A stretch of 63,849 nt of DNA, filler included, from Octopus bimaculoides (taxonomy: Eukaryota), in assembly GCF_001194135.2 (NCBI RefSeq). It is 4 parts of 3 records of this genome, joined end to end, with 100 filler letters (N's around TTAATTAATTAA, not from the genome) between each part and the next. Parts side by side here need not be neighbours in the genome. Positions count along the whole stretch, not along the records: positions 42,057 to 50,766 come from NC_069006.1; positions 50,867 to 63,849 come from NC_068981.1; 2 more parts are not named here. One strand, written 5' to 3'. Positions 49,393-63,274 of this stretch are shown piece by piece (position 1 is the stretch's first letter; the number at the start of each line of letters is the position of its first letter). The notes beneath the pieces are model-generated. The model had not been told where the DNA came from. It ran no database searches and was given only the letters and a program-made list of their open reading frames with translations. Both the position numbers and the translations under genes were made by a program.

Positions 49393-49795
49393 CGACCTAT
49401 CAAGAAAAACATTTGTCCCAAAAGGATGTGCTTTGATTGGATGAAACTGTATTTGTTTTACTGAAGCCCCCAAAACACCAAGTTTGGCTTGAACCCTAAC
49501 TCCAACAGATCTCTGAAGTTTCTGTACAAATTCTGTCAAGATAAATGTTGTTTATGGAGAGAAAAATGATCATTAATAGTGAAATGAAATTAGAGTCAGC
49601 AATATAAAAGCCTCAAAATTTCAGTTTTATTCCTTGGTTTGTATCTCAAATGGTTTCTTCAACAAAGTTGCCACCATTTTGAGGTTTCATTTTTCTTTTT
49701 TTTCGCAGATCACGAATTCAATTGAAGATCGAGTTGATATTGAAAGCTTATATACCAAAATATCAATAGCTGAATTGAATCAAATGGCACCAGAG
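46275..49795 (+). CDS. M13 family zinc metallopeptidase (neprilysin/ECE-like), partial: three internal exons
   Basis: Exons 46275-46480, 47424-47603 and 49709-49795 splice in frame with GT-AG junctions. They give M13 N-domain motifs GGWP, VSPDDKNSS, LDQAHLGMPSRDYY, FETELAN, LYTKISIAEL. 5' exons and the HExxH-bearing 3' exons were not found in the window. Confidence 0.9.
47424..47603 (+). CDS. Neprilysin-like internal exon (LDQAHLGMPSRDYY...FETELAN)
   Basis: CAG acceptor, GTAAGA donor, 180 nt. Confidence 0.92.
48610..48935 (-). mobile_element. Older RTE-like 3' end fragment
   Basis: Same core as 15645-15965. Confidence 0.6.
48975..49345 (+). mobile_element. SINE family A, older copy
   Basis: Head, core and tail A recognisable. 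Confidence 0.75.
49709..49795 (+). CDS. Neprilysin-like internal exon (ITNSIEDRVDIESLYTKISIAELNQMAPE)
   Basis: CAG acceptor after a T-rich tract, GTATTG donor, 87 nt. Confidence 0.88.
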
Positions 49796-50205
49796 GTATT
49801 GTAATATTTTGTTATTTCCTACCCAAAAGATTTTTTTTTTTTTGTATGTCTTTTATTTACAATTTATATTTCAATGTCTGAAACAAAACAGTATCACAGT
49901 ATTAGCAACATAAATGCTAACATTGTGGTAGCAACAAAAGACTAAATATTAAGAATAGAAAGCTTTCACTGTCCCTCCCAACAGATGCGCGTGTGTGTGT
50001 GTGTGTGTGTGTGTTTTGAGTTCAGTTCTTGAGAGAGTTCAAGCTGGTTGCTAACAAAGCAACAAGACGTTTTGAATTAAGAGAGTGCTTGATATTTGTA
50101 CATATGTGGTTGGGTTAGTGTTTGGTGGGCTGTTGATGCACATATGAAGTGTGTGCATCTATTCACATAAGAATCTCACATGGGGAATTTTGGAATGAAT
50201 GTGTA

Positions 50206-50258
<53 letters not shown>

Positions 50259-50766
50259 ATATTGGTTGAGTCGGTCTCTTACTTGTGCATCCAGAGACAT
50301 CAGTCAAATTATGACTCTACTGTGGTAATTGAGTACTCTTTCTTTTGAGAGTCAATACAGGACAGATGTGTGTGTGTATGATAGATACATATATATAAAT
50401 ATTTTTAAAAGAAAAAAAGAAAATGGAGATTAGGAAGTTAATAATTGTTTATTATTAACAACAAATTGGTCATCTTTGTAACCATAGCATTTAGTCTGCT
50501 GAAATGAATTGATAGACCCACATATAACATCCAAAGGTACACCTTTTTTCCTCTTATGAAACTATACTCATGTCACATAAATGTAAATTCAATGTACAAA
50601 TTTGTTATTAAATTATTGAGTATTAATTGAAACAGCTGTAAGAAGCAAAGATGACCAATTTGTTAATAATAAACAATTATTAACTTCCTAATCTCCATTT
50701 TCTTTTCTTCTTTTAAATGGATATAAACTATATGCTTTATATATACCTATTGTTTTAAGAGAAATT

Positions 50767-50866
50767 NNNNNNNNNNNNNNNNNNNNNNNNNNNNNNNNNN
50801 NNNNNNNNNNTTAATTAATTAANNNNNNNNNNNNNNNNNNNNNNNNNNNNNNNNNNNNNNNNNNNN
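50767..50866. other. Artificial scaffold-join spacer
   Basis: N44-TTAATTAATTAA(50811-50822)-N44. Confidence 0.92.
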
Positions 50867-51418
50867 CTTGTTTTCACCTTTTCAATATCAGTGAAGAATG
50901 TCACTGGAAAAGAAGATATAAGATTTTGCCAGGTTTTTCTCTCTCACCAAGGTCATCAGCTGTCGAACGCCGAAGAAGGGAAATAACCCTGAAATCCGGA
51001 TACGTTCGTGCTGCTGGTCGTGGTGAGAGGGATAACTCCCTTGGCAAACAGGACACAGTCGTGTGTCGATAAGCCAGCTGGAGGAGATGTCCTCCTGGGG
51101 CTAAAAGCAACAGTAACATCCACCCCTAGGGGTCAGCCACACTTAAGTGGCAATATACTACACTTTATCGTGCAGTTACTGTTAATACTTCATTTAGAGG
51201 ATTAACATTGCTTATATATATATATTTATATATATATAATTCATGCGTATGTGTGTGTGTGAATAAGTGATTTTGTGTGCATGTGTGTACGTATATGTGA
51301 ATGTATGTATATATGTATATGTGGATATATATAATGTATATTTATGTACATGTATTATATATATACATACAAACATACATGCACACACATAACACACACA
51401 CAAGCACACAAACAAACC

Positions 51419-51468
<50 letters not shown>

Positions 51469-52391
51469 GATGCAAGTCGGTAACCTTTGCTTTGAATAAA
51501 CATCGATAGACTAAAGAGGTGGCTTCCATGCATGGACAATTACCAGTTTTATTCAAAAAACATTGTTCCATCCTCCGCATATATGTGCAAAAGTATACGA
51601 ATGTTATGTCTGATCCCATATTGTGTATGTGTGTGTCTGTGTGTGTGCGCGCGTGTATGTGTGTTTATATACATACATACATACACACATACATATGTCT
51701 GCGTGTGTACTATATCATATATACAGAGAGTTAATGATGCATCTGCAAGGGAAACCTTTCAGGAAAAATATCACACAGTCATGAGCGTTAAGTCAAAACC
51801 AAAACCACAGTAAGAAGACATAGAAGATATAAAACAATTTCAATATGTTTTATAATTCAGCATTGCATAAAGATCTCACAATGTTAGATTCTAATGTAAA
51901 CTCTACAGACAAAACGCCGACATTATAAGTCACTCTGGCATTGGTGGAATATATGAAGTAGATCAATAAATCATTATTTTTTCTCAAAGAAGCGATTTAG
52001 TATTCAACGACACTCTTTTCCTGGAACCGTCAAGAGAATTACTTCCGTGGAAGAGCCCGCTCTACATAATAAAAAATACCCATCATATTATATATTGATA
52101 AACCAAAGGCATAGAAACTTTGTGAAACATTCTATCAAGCAAAATATCTGTTCCAACTATGAATGTGACATATAATTTACAAATCAAATTCAAGAAAATA
52201 AAAATCATTAGCAGATGAGGTAATTAAACACCTAAAACAAATAGAATCCAGGTAGACATAAATTTAAGAAATACATAGAATACAGAAACCACACAATAAT
52301 GAACAAAAAGAAGAAAAACGGCACATGATTAGATTTTTCATGCAAACAATATTAATTGAAAAGAGGGAAATATGATAAAAGATATCTTCCA

Positions 52392-52647
52392 ACTTTTATC
52401 TGTTTCAGTCTTTAGGCTGAGTATCACCTTGGAGAATTTTTAGTCGTATGAAGCTACTCCAGTACTTTTTTGCTTTTTTTCTCTTTCGAAACTTGGTATC
52501 AGTTTTATTTGCTCAACCGTTGAGTTAGACACGCAAACACACCAATAATGTTTCTCAAGCGTTGATGGGGGACAAGCACAGACACACACGCACACACACA
52601 CACGCACGCACGCACACACACAGACACACATATATAGATATATATAT

Positions 52648-52681
<34 letters not shown>

Positions 52682-52845
52682 GCCGGACTTCTCTAGGTTT
52701 CCCTCTACCAATACACTCACAAGGCTTTCGTCGGCCCGAGGCTATAGTGGAAGACAAATATGACCAAGGTACCACGCAGTGAGAGCGAATTTCGATCAAT
52801 GTGGCTGGGAAGCAAACCTTTTACTATACAGCCACGCCTGCACCT
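52392..52845 (-). mobile_element. SINE family A inserted in the old RTE
   Basis: Reverse-complement head CAGCCACGCCTGCACC at ~52830-52845, hinge and tail to the left. Confidence 0.8.
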
Positions 52846-53040
52846 GGATAACTATTTAAATTTTAGTAAAACTGGAGGACATACAAACATTTACATCAAA
52901 GTTAGAGATGACGCTTCAAATGAAAAGCTGTAGGAAAGAACTAATTAAATAATTGCATGGTCAACGCCATGTAGTTAAATTAAAAAGCCTTAATAAGCAG
53001 CATAGATTAAAACAAATGTACAGTAAAAATAAACATGTTA

Positions 53041-53199
53041 GGAGTGGCTCTGTGGGAAGTAGCTTGCTTACCAACCACATGGTTCCGGGTTCAGTCCCAC
53101 TGCGTGGCACCATGGGCAAGTGTCTTCTACTATAGCCTCGGGCCGACCAAAGCCTTGTGAGTGGATTTGGTGGACGGAAACTGAAAGAAGCCCATCGTA

Positions 53200-53245
<46 letters not shown>

Positions 53246-53474
53246 CGTGAATGTGTATGTGTTTGTGTGTCTATGTTTGTCTCCCCCCCCCAACATCGCT
53301 TGACAACCGATGCTAGTGTCTTTACGCCCCCGTAACTTAGCGGTTCGGCAAAAGAAACCGATAGAATAAGTACTAGGTTTACAAAGAATAAGTCCTGGGG
53401 TCGATTTGCTATACTAAAGGTGCTGCTCCAGCATGGCCATCGTCAAATGACTGAAACAAGTAAAAGAGTAAAGA
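53041..53474 (+). mobile_element. SINE family A, young full-length copy inserted in the old RTE
   Basis: Most intact-looking copy in the window, judged against the other copies. Confidence 0.88.
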
Positions 53475-55324
53475 TTAAATAGTACGTTCACAAATACCAA
53501 ATGCATACGTTAATAAAGTGGCAATATTAAGACCAAAAATGGAAATGTACAGTTTGATCGTCATATGCATTTAAATTAATTGAATGCATACACGGTGATG
53601 AGAATAGATCTATTTAGGAGATGCTAACGGAAAGAAAATATTATTAATAGTAGAAAAGGTAAACATTCTTCAAAATATGGAAAGATAACTGGGCGTAATT
53701 AATATGAAATAACTAGCATCTAGTCAAAGTAACAAACGTTTGTAATGCAGTATTAAAGATTGGATAGGACCAATCAAAATCCTTGTTCCATTACTAAAGA
53801 AACACGAGTGCACCTTATTTAAGTCCATAATCTTGTGTCATATGACTAGAATACTTAGCATTCAGCAAAAAAATTACAGCAAGAATATATGAAGAAATGC
53901 ATTAACTGCAAACTGATTTAAACACCAGTAATTGAAAAGTATTAAGGAATATTTAACCTAAGAACCATACGTGAATGAACTCTAAACATTAATCAAAAAA
54001 TTTACATATTCTTCATACATTATAGCGAGGGTATTTGACAGAGCAAACTATTAAAAGGTTATTAGATACTAAAAAGAACTCAGGATAGGTGATAACGACT
54101 TTCAAATAATGATAAAACGTATGCTAGGCGGAAACAACACTGGTAAGAACTAAGAAGGCAAAATCTCACAGTATAATTGAAGAGAGTGGGGTAAAGACGT
54201 TATTAACTTGACCTAAAGATGACCTAAAGGACATGGAATGGAAATGCATATGTGGAAAATAAAATGAATGATAATCATCAAGAATAGCTACCAAAACTAA
54301 ATTTTCAGGGAAAGCGAACAAAACACATACCAAACGTAATATAACTGGGATATATGCAGTCAGAACACAGAAATGGAAAGAAGGTTTAAGTTAGCTAGAA
54401 TGCTATTTAGAAAATTGCCAAACATATATCGAAAAACATTAATATTGGAATCAGAAAACAGATTATTAAAATGTTACGTATGGCCTTCTCTATTCTATGA
54501 AGCAGAAATATCATCAAATAGATTACAATCCCTTGAGGTGTGGGGCAGAGAGAAGACTTTTGACAATATGGACAGAACACCTAATGAAATACCAAGAGTG
54601 GCAAAAAAATAATAATGATTTGTCCGACAACAAAGACAGGAAATTAAAATATTTTGGAGTCGTAATTAGAAAATATTGCTTACAAACAGTTAACAGAGAA
54701 GTAAAATGAATTGCTAATATCTAAGATCAGCACAAGAAAGATTGATACATAAATGTGCGTCAGCTAAGTTATAGATAACTAAGTCATTGCCTCTAAGCGC
54801 TTTTCGCTCCTTTAACCCTTTATATAATTTATATATTTATATATTTCAGTTCGTTTGTTTCCATTCTTAACATACTTTGCTCTTCTCTTAACTTCCGCCA
54901 ACTTCTTCTTCAGCTAACCTATTTCTCATTCCCAAGAATAACCTCCATTCACCTCATCCTTATCTACATACACACACACATCATCATCATCATCATCATC
55001 ATCATCCATCCCAAATAAATTACAGACCTGTTTCAAGGATCATTACAATCATTTTTGTTGATCCAACCCGTCTTATTTAAGCCAATTCCTTCCGCACTTT
55101 GTAGAGTTATATACTTAAGAATTAGCCTTCGTCTCACAGCATGAACAAGCAACTACCAGCCAAATTTCAAACCTGCCAACAAAATTACAATACATATTAA
55201 ACTCCCTCACATCTGCTGAGATCATTGTTCAGTCAATATCCAATGTTTTTATGTAGTTATTTTCACTCATTGATAACTATATACAGTAAATTACACGCTT
55301 ATGCATTAACGGATTAATATTGAT

Positions 55325-55492
55325 TTCAGATTTTGGCACAAGGCCAGCAATTTCGAAGGTTCAACTGGTACTTAGTTTATCAATGCTGGCAGGATGAAAG
55401 GCAACGTCTATTTCGGCGGAATTTGAACTCAGATGTGAAGACGGTTGAAATGCCGCTAAGGATTTTGCACGGCGTGCTAACGACTCTGCCAA
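55325..55492 (-). mobile_element. SINE family C
   Basis: Reverse complement of family C. Confidence 0.78.
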
Positions 55493-58400
55493 TAATAACG
55501 GATTGATATTCAGAAGGAAGGTGTATAGTGATATTTAGACAGTGTAAACCACTATCAAGAGACTGAAAACAAGAGCAGGTCTGCAGACAAGTTTTGATAT
55601 TTTTGTATGGTTATTATTATTGGCTTGTCCTGAACCAGGTATCATCCCACTGAGTCGGGTGACATAGATTCCGTTTGATCTTCTCTTCAACTGTTTCAAG
55701 TAATTAACTTTTAAAATATGTGAGTAAAGGTTTTGTATTGCAGTAGAGCAGACGAACGTTGATAAATGAAAAATGAATAATCTAAATCTATTTCTGATCG
55801 AGACTAAAATAATAGATATTGACGACACGGAAGAAGTAGTGGACACAAAGCAAGTAGTGAGGATGCGAATAATCGGAAGTACCAGAGTGGAGCTAGAACA
55901 AGATTAGCGTGGTCCTAGAAGCAGATGCTTTTTTATTGTTAGTACAAAACCCGAAGAGAAGATGCTTCATGGCCATACTCCAGATTTTGCATTGTGTTTC
56001 TGAGCAACATATTAATCATCAGTCGAGTATTCTTTCATTGAATACAGCCTGCCATGTAAGTGTGTGCGCGTGTGCGTGTGTGTGCGTGCATGTGCGTGTG
56101 TGCGTGCGTGTGCGTGTGCGCGTGTGTGTTGTAGCCTCTTCTTACCGAATTTAGAAGCAATAGTCCATTGTGAATTTCGGTTTTGAGAGTTCATTATTTA
56201 AGCAAATGAAGTATTTCAGGCTCTGAATAAAGAGAGTCATTGTGTCATTATCATTAATACGTTGAGCATAGAGAATTACTTGGAGAGATCCTTTGTTAAG
56301 GTGAAGCGTTGTAATTGAAGCAGCCGTATTCAGTGAGTTGCGATATTTTCTTGATGTCGTCTTTTTGCTGCGAATGAAGACAAAATTTGCATTAAACTCA
56401 TGAAAAATGATTTTGAAGTCTCTAATCGCAGGATCAGAAAGGGGTACTTGTATGTGATACTTAGGAGCAGAAGATTGGAAAGGAATAATAGGTAGCACAA
56501 TCTACACAGGAGAGGGCGTTGTTGGAAGTGATGCCATGTAGGTAGGTGATTTACGAAATGAAGAGTGGGAGAGGAAGACAAAAATAAGCCCTGTGATATA
56601 TCTTTTTGGTTTGTTGGAAGAAAAGATCAATGAAACGGAAAGTGATGATAGTTTTGAAGTAAAATGCTAGATAAAGTCTTTAATCCTACCAACAATGAGA
56701 TTGTGAAGAAGTATATAGTTCATCGTCCATGATGAAAACACTAAATATACAAAGAATTGTTTGCATCCTTTTCTGATTGGGATATAAATAGTAATCGAAT
56801 AGTAATCACTATATGAAAAGGAGAATAAAACAGTAAAGGAAGATTTGCTTTCACAGTGAAAGAAATTTCCCAATTGCAATGCGCTATCACTGGATATTCC
56901 TCTACTTGCCGCTACTCTCGCATTTCTAGGGTACATATCAATGTGCGCCACTGCTAAATTTTGAAGTTCAAATGTAATGCGTGACCCAGTTGTTCTTCCA
57001 CTGCATGTCTTAAACTGAGCCGTCCGGGTGACATTAAAAGACAAGCAAAAATATTAATTAAAGGATGCGATAAATTTTGTGCTTTCTGGTCCATAAACAT
57101 CACTAGGTTATAATGCACTTAGTTTTTCATCTAAAACCTGGCGATAGCTGGCTTTTCTAAGTAAAATATTTGTAGGTTTTGTTATGCCGCCTTCATTTAA
57201 CTATGTCGAACTTATAAACTTGCCAAAACTCTTCGACATAAGTATCTTCCAAAATATACTTCACAAAAGCCGCCATTGTCCCTCTAAAGACTCAAGCCGG
57301 CATGCCTGAACGTCCCAATGTCTGGCTCAGTGGTGCCTTTGAGAACTTTTACACCAACCTAAGCAATGTTGGATATTTTCACATGCTCCTACTATTCAGT
57401 ACGTCAAAGTATAGAAGATTAGCGTGCGAGATACGGTTGAAAACGTTGCTGACGTCGGATGTAATACCAATGGTTTTAAAAAATTCCTCGAAGGTGACAG
57501 CGCATCAATGTACTATGCAGGAGAGAGGCTGTACGGGTTGGGCGTGGTTTTACGAAACTAATGGTCAACATATTGAAGAAGTTTGTTGTTAATAGTCGTC
57601 TTCATCACGTTTGAGTGAAGTAGCATCTTACGAAGTTTGATTAAACCAGGTGATGCGATAAGCATACCTATACTCTTGAGGAAACAAAGGAACAAAATAG
57701 TTTATCAGACAATGCGTTATCGATTACTTTGCAGAACACTCACCAGTCCTTTTCTCTATTTACATCGAAACTTCAAGAAGAAAATAAGAAGGTGTTCTGA
57801 AAAGAATCAGTAGAATCAGTGAAAGTGCTCTGGTTAAAAATCTATAAGTAGTTTTAATGTTTGTAAACTTCTCGAAAGCTTCCGAGGTAAAATCTAGCAA
57901 TTTTTTCTCACATAAGATATACCTGAAGATGTAATAAAAGTATAGAGATTTTCACAGACTGAACCACATAAATTCTCATCTGGCAAGTGCAAAATTTACA
58001 AGAGATAATATAGAACATATTTTTCTCATTAAAAAATATAACAACAACGGTCTCCAGATATACTTTAAGAATTGTCTATCTATATTCTTTCACCATTGAG
58101 AAAGATTTAACTGAAATTATGAATTATCAGATTTCAGATGTGCATTTATTTTAAAGCAGTGACTTGTATAAAATGACATTTTTGAAAGTAAAACTTTGAA
58201 AGCTTTCTTGCTTAATTTAATACTTACATGTATACACACATATGTATTTCAATACATGCGTACATACATACATACATACATACATACATACATACATACA
58301 TACATACATACACACACATATACATACATACACACATTGTTCCAAACACACATGCGGGTGTGTTTGTGTGTGCGACTGGAGTTCAATCTCATTCTACATA

Positions 58401-59344
58401 CTTTCACTCTCAAATTAAAACAAATGATCTTTAGAGTAAATAAGTGAAATTCAAATTCAAATAAACGACTTCCAAATTGAAACACATGAATCTCAAAACA
58501 ATTGAACTTGAATTTAAAGAACTTTAATCCAAATCAGATGGACTTTTATTTAAAACAAATAAATACTAATTTAAAATATATGAAATTCATATAACAATAA
58601 GAAATGCAAGGTTAAAAACATTGCTTACAACTTAAAATATTAAGCTTTGTTGAAAGTCATATTCTCAGATTCAATGAAGATTTTCTTGTATCTTAGAGCA
58701 TATAATTGTAGAAGTAAAGCAACACAGGACAAAGTATGTTATTACATACGCCTCAGCATGACTCCATTTATTGATTAGATTAGGATCGACTAAATGAGGG
58801 CCACCATCGCTAAGTATAACCTAATCTTCAAATTTTATCCTTTAAAATTAAATATAGATGAATGTATATGGTACAATAATATGTCGTCTCTGCGCTAAAT
58901 TTCGCACCTTCCCAAATATGTATGAATAAATTTCATTCTCAAAATGGTGCTGAATGACCAGGCAGCTGCAATGGGCTAACAAGTTTGACATATGAATAAG
59001 CAAAGTTAAGGATTCCTTTTATCACCCCCTCATTTTCCATAGGGATAGCAGTGCTTCAACTAAATAGTTCAGGTTTGGGACCATTGAAGGATACAGACAG
59101 CAAAACTACCCAAGTTCTGAGCATAGATGGTCGTCGCCGAGGAACTGCGACTGTGTACATTTGCAGTTTGTATTTACTTGTCATATCACCTTATCTCCCT
59201 CACTAGTCGACATGGCGGCGTGCTTTCGTGTAATAGTGAACAGCAGTAGAATTGCAGAACTAATATATTTCTTAGCCTACGCTTTGTTACTATTGTACAA
59301 GGCGAGTGGAGAACAAGCCACACTTTTTAAAATGCAGATAGCTC

Positions 59345-59600
59345 AAAGACTTGTGAGTGGATTTGGTAGACGGAAACTGAAAGAATCCCGTCGTAGAAAT
59401 ATATAGATATGTATGATTATATAATATCTAGTTGTGTGTGTATCTTTGTCTCTGTGTCTGCGCCCCCCACCGCTTTACAACCGATGTTAATGCGCTTATG
59501 TTCTCGTAACTTGGCAGTTTGGCAAAAGAGAAGGATAGAATAAGTAGAGGGCTTTAATAAAAATAAGTACTGGGGTCGACACATTCGACAAAAATACTTC
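59345..59600 (+). mobile_element. SINE family A, 5'-truncated
   Basis: TTGTGAGTGGATTTGGTAGACGGAAACTGAAAG and tail A. Confidence 0.75.
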
Positions 59601-60424
59601 AGGCTGCAATATTTCAACAAAAAGGACAAATAAAATTAATATAAACAGCAGGTTGCAGTGTTTCACCAAAGCGGAGAATTATAATTCCCACTAAATGTGA
59701 CTATGGTGTTAACATTTACATTGCTAGAAATGAGGGCTAAAATGCTCTAATGTTGTAGTTAACCCACTTGAATAAAAACATATTCACTAACATGGACCCG
59801 AATCGTCCGAAAAGTATCGATCGAGAATTCTTAATACTGACGTCATTTTCGGCAATTTCCATTACCTCATCAGTTAAGCGCACGCGATATCGGCTTTTTT
59901 TCGGACAAGCTTCTCTATTAGAATATGTTTTTGTGATTCAAATTAATGGATGATTTAGTGATTCGCTAATGTGTTTACATAAAATTAATATAAACAGCAA
60001 GATACAAAAAGGAGAATTATAATTATCACTAAGTGTGACTAGTGTGAGTACATTGCTAGAAATACATACATACATACATGCATATTTATTTTTTCACGCA
60101 CACATATATGTGTATGTATGTGTATATATGTATATAACCTGTTGGTCAAGTTCCCTATATATAACTACATGAAATTACATTGAAGACAAGAGAAATGTTA
60201 ACTAAAACAAAATCATGAGAAACGAGAATAAAACGCATGCATAAATTTGTGGAATTTTCAATGAATTTTTCAAATATATGTATAACTATACATCAAGTAA
60301 CAATACAACTAACATTAAAACTAACATGGGTTTGTTTCGTGACTATATTACGAACCATGGTGAGAACTGAGAACACGATTATTCAGCATATAAGCTCATA
60401 AGAATTTCAACTGATACAGACAAG

Positions 60425-60556
<132 letters not shown>

Positions 60557-61147
60557 TAATTATAAGTATGCAAAATTATTGTAATAATGCCAAGATTAAT
60601 ACCAGGAGAGATTCGTGACTACATCAACGAAATCTGGTGTAAAATAAGCACACTATTGTTCAAAATAAAGGACATAAAAACTTCTCTATACAGTATATAT
60701 AAATATGTGAAATTTACTACAGAGCTAACATTATGGCAGACCGGTTTCACGTTAGCTTTAGAACCAGTAGCAAAAGCTAAATAAAAATCGGGAATATTAG
60801 ATGCGGTGACGAACAGAAATTATTGTACGTGTATACCTATATATATATACCCGATAAAAGAGCACACTCAGAAAGTGAAACTGACAGGTATATTTTTTAT
60901 ACTGTCGAGTAGGTCATTCCTGTTTAGCTTATGTATCCGGTCAAACATGCCGACTATTTCACACAGTCCTGCTTACAGATATTTAACTCTTTTTTAAACC
61001 GGTTAAAGTAAAATAAGCAGAGTGTGTCAATAGAATTTCGGATATTAAATGTTTTTACAAAAAATGCGAAAATAAGCATTTTAGCCTCTTGTTCTATATT
61101 ATAACTATTTCGGAGTGACATTTCATAAGTTTATCCGTACATATTCT

Positions 61148-61345
61148 TTATTACTTTAGGCACAAGGCCCGAAATTTTGTGGGAGGTGGGCAGTCGATTA
61201 GATTTGCCCCAGTACGCAACTGGTGCTTAATTTATCGACTCCGAAAGGATGAAAGGCAAAGTAGACCTCGGCGGAATTTGAACTCAGAACGTAATACTGC
61301 TAAGCATTTCACCCGGCGTGCTTACGTTTCTGCCAGCTCCCCGCC
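61148..61345 (-). mobile_element. SINE family C
   Basis: Reverse complement of family C. Confidence 0.82.
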
Positions 61346-61739
61346 TTCTTATCTGTATATATTAAAATACAGAGCATTTCCTCAGAACAGGGATTGCAAG
61401 ATCTGCAAAATGTTTTGAACAGATATGAATTTTCTTTATTACTGTGCATATGAATCTGGATTGCACTTTTCCTTCCTTAAGTTTCCAGATTAGGTCTGCG
61501 AGATATGTGCAGGGCCCATTGTTAATGTTTTTGAATGATGCAATGTGGTTCCGATATCGATGCTTGAAGCAAAAGGCGTTGATACTATTATATAAACACA
61601 TGCAGCTGCTAGCGTCCTAACTACACATTTGCACATTACGTTCTTACGAGGACATTCATTTTGCTGGGGTCGTGCTTTCTGTCCTTGGAGTTACAATTCT
61701 TTATCACTCTATTTTCTACTTGTTAGCAACCAGTCTTTC

Positions 61740-61965
61740 TTCTATTTATAATTTTTCCTTTATTGTTTCTGTGGTTGTTATTATTGTTGTTGATATTCCC
61801 TTCTTTACTATCCATGTTGCTGCTCCTAGTACTACTATTATTGAGATTTTCAACATTACCTTTATTATTCAAATTATTTTTACTTACGTCCAGATTATTA
61901 TTTTTATTACAATTATTTCGGCAGGTTTGATTACCTTCTTCCTTATTATTGTAATCCTTATTTGA
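61740..61965. repeat. Degenerate (TTA/TTG)n low-complexity tract
   Basis: Direct reading. Confidence 0.75.
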
Positions 61966-62113
61966 AGGATTATTTCCATTTTTACACCTACTAATGGTGT
62001 TAGTGATCTCCTGGTTTGACATACTATTATTCAGTTTATGAATGTGGTATTCTAAGTTATTAGCTGTTGCGTACGCCTGTTAAAGATACTGTTCTGTTAG
62101 AACAGTCTTTGCG

Positions 62114-62590
62114 ACTGTATTTACCACAATAGAAACCCTCATATGGGCTTTTGTTACAGAATGGAGGCTTGTTTGTTTACGTTGCCAGTGGGAGGATAAA
62201 CCCCCACCAACTCTGGCGCTGAGACCACCAGACCACGTGATTTCGATCTCCTTTGATTTCATCGGTGATGGACGCTCGAACGCTAGAGATAGAAGTGACT
62301 CACCACCCCTGTCCCTCGCTAATTTATATTTTTAATAAGCTAACTTGCTAATCGCGACACCGGTACTTGTTCTGGCACTGATTTTATATATATCGCTTAC
62401 GGGGAGATAAATTGCTTCTATCTCTAACGTTCATCTCCGATGAAATCAAAGAAAATTGAAATCACGTGATACTGTGGTCTCAGCGCTGGAGTTGGTAAGG
62501 AGTTATCTTCCCGCTGGTGATATAAACAGACAACCGTGCATTCTGCACCAAAAGCTTATATGAGGGTTCCTTTCATGGTAAATACTACAG
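62114..62590. mobile_element. ~470-bp foldback/MITE with ~190-bp diverged TIRs
   Basis: 62117-62310 matches the reverse complement of 62401-62585 (GTATTTACC...GAAACCCTCATAT...GCGCTGAGACCAC...CACGTGATTTC...TTTGATTTCATCGG...AGAGATAGAAG). Confidence 0.78.
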
Positions 62591-63274
62591 TAAACTCTTT
62601 TCTAACATAATATACACGTTTAAGTTTAAGTGGGAATAAATATTATCTCTCGGCATTAATACTGCCTCTGTTGCTAGCATACATTTCTTAAAGATATCGT
62701 GGTACTAGATTTAGGAGACTGCCTGTCCAATGCAGAAACATAAGTCCCCAGCAATCTTACATGATACATGTAATACGAAAATTGTTTTAAGCCACAAAGC
62801 ATTGCATCCTTTATACTTGTTGTTCGGTCTATTATGACTAGTATAATCTATGTTAAGGTCACTATCTAAGCAATTTCAGTTAAATTAGACCTATTTGATC
62901 CACTAGTTTTACTTACTGTATCGTGTTCTCCCTTTCTTGGATTGAGATGACCACTTTCACCTATTTCGTGTTTACAATTTCTTCTACTAATGTATGGTCT
63001 TGTGTTGTTATTCTTGTTGCTATATATTTCAAATAGATTATTTAATTTTGTCAGTACACTTGGCCACTAGGTGATGATAAACTGTAATATATGGTTAAAT
63101 ATTTCATTTGCCGAAAGTCTAGATATTCGATCGGATATATTGATATATATGTATAATGAATGATAAAACGAATGGTCTACACCTAGTAGTTTACTGGTAA
63201 AGCAAGGTCACTTTCACAGTGATTGCCAGGTATATGGCAAAGGAAAGACGGAAGATGGAATATACGAGAATTTA

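Larger units (their letters stand above)
51750..54720 (+). mobile_element. Ancient degraded RTE-clade LINE (EN + RT remnants), interrupted by two SINEs
   Basis: EN remnant WKSP (52048) and YILINQRHRNFVK (52089-52127); RT remnants FNLRTIRE and FIHYS.VFDR (~53970-54040); RLLKCYVWPSLFYEAE and RKLKYFG (54373-54709). Confidence 0.7.

Noticed and set aside
57300-57750. Minus-strand DVSNVFNRISHANLL, faintly like a non-LTR RT motif
   Set aside because: Single weak motif, with no convincing PQG or YADD downstream
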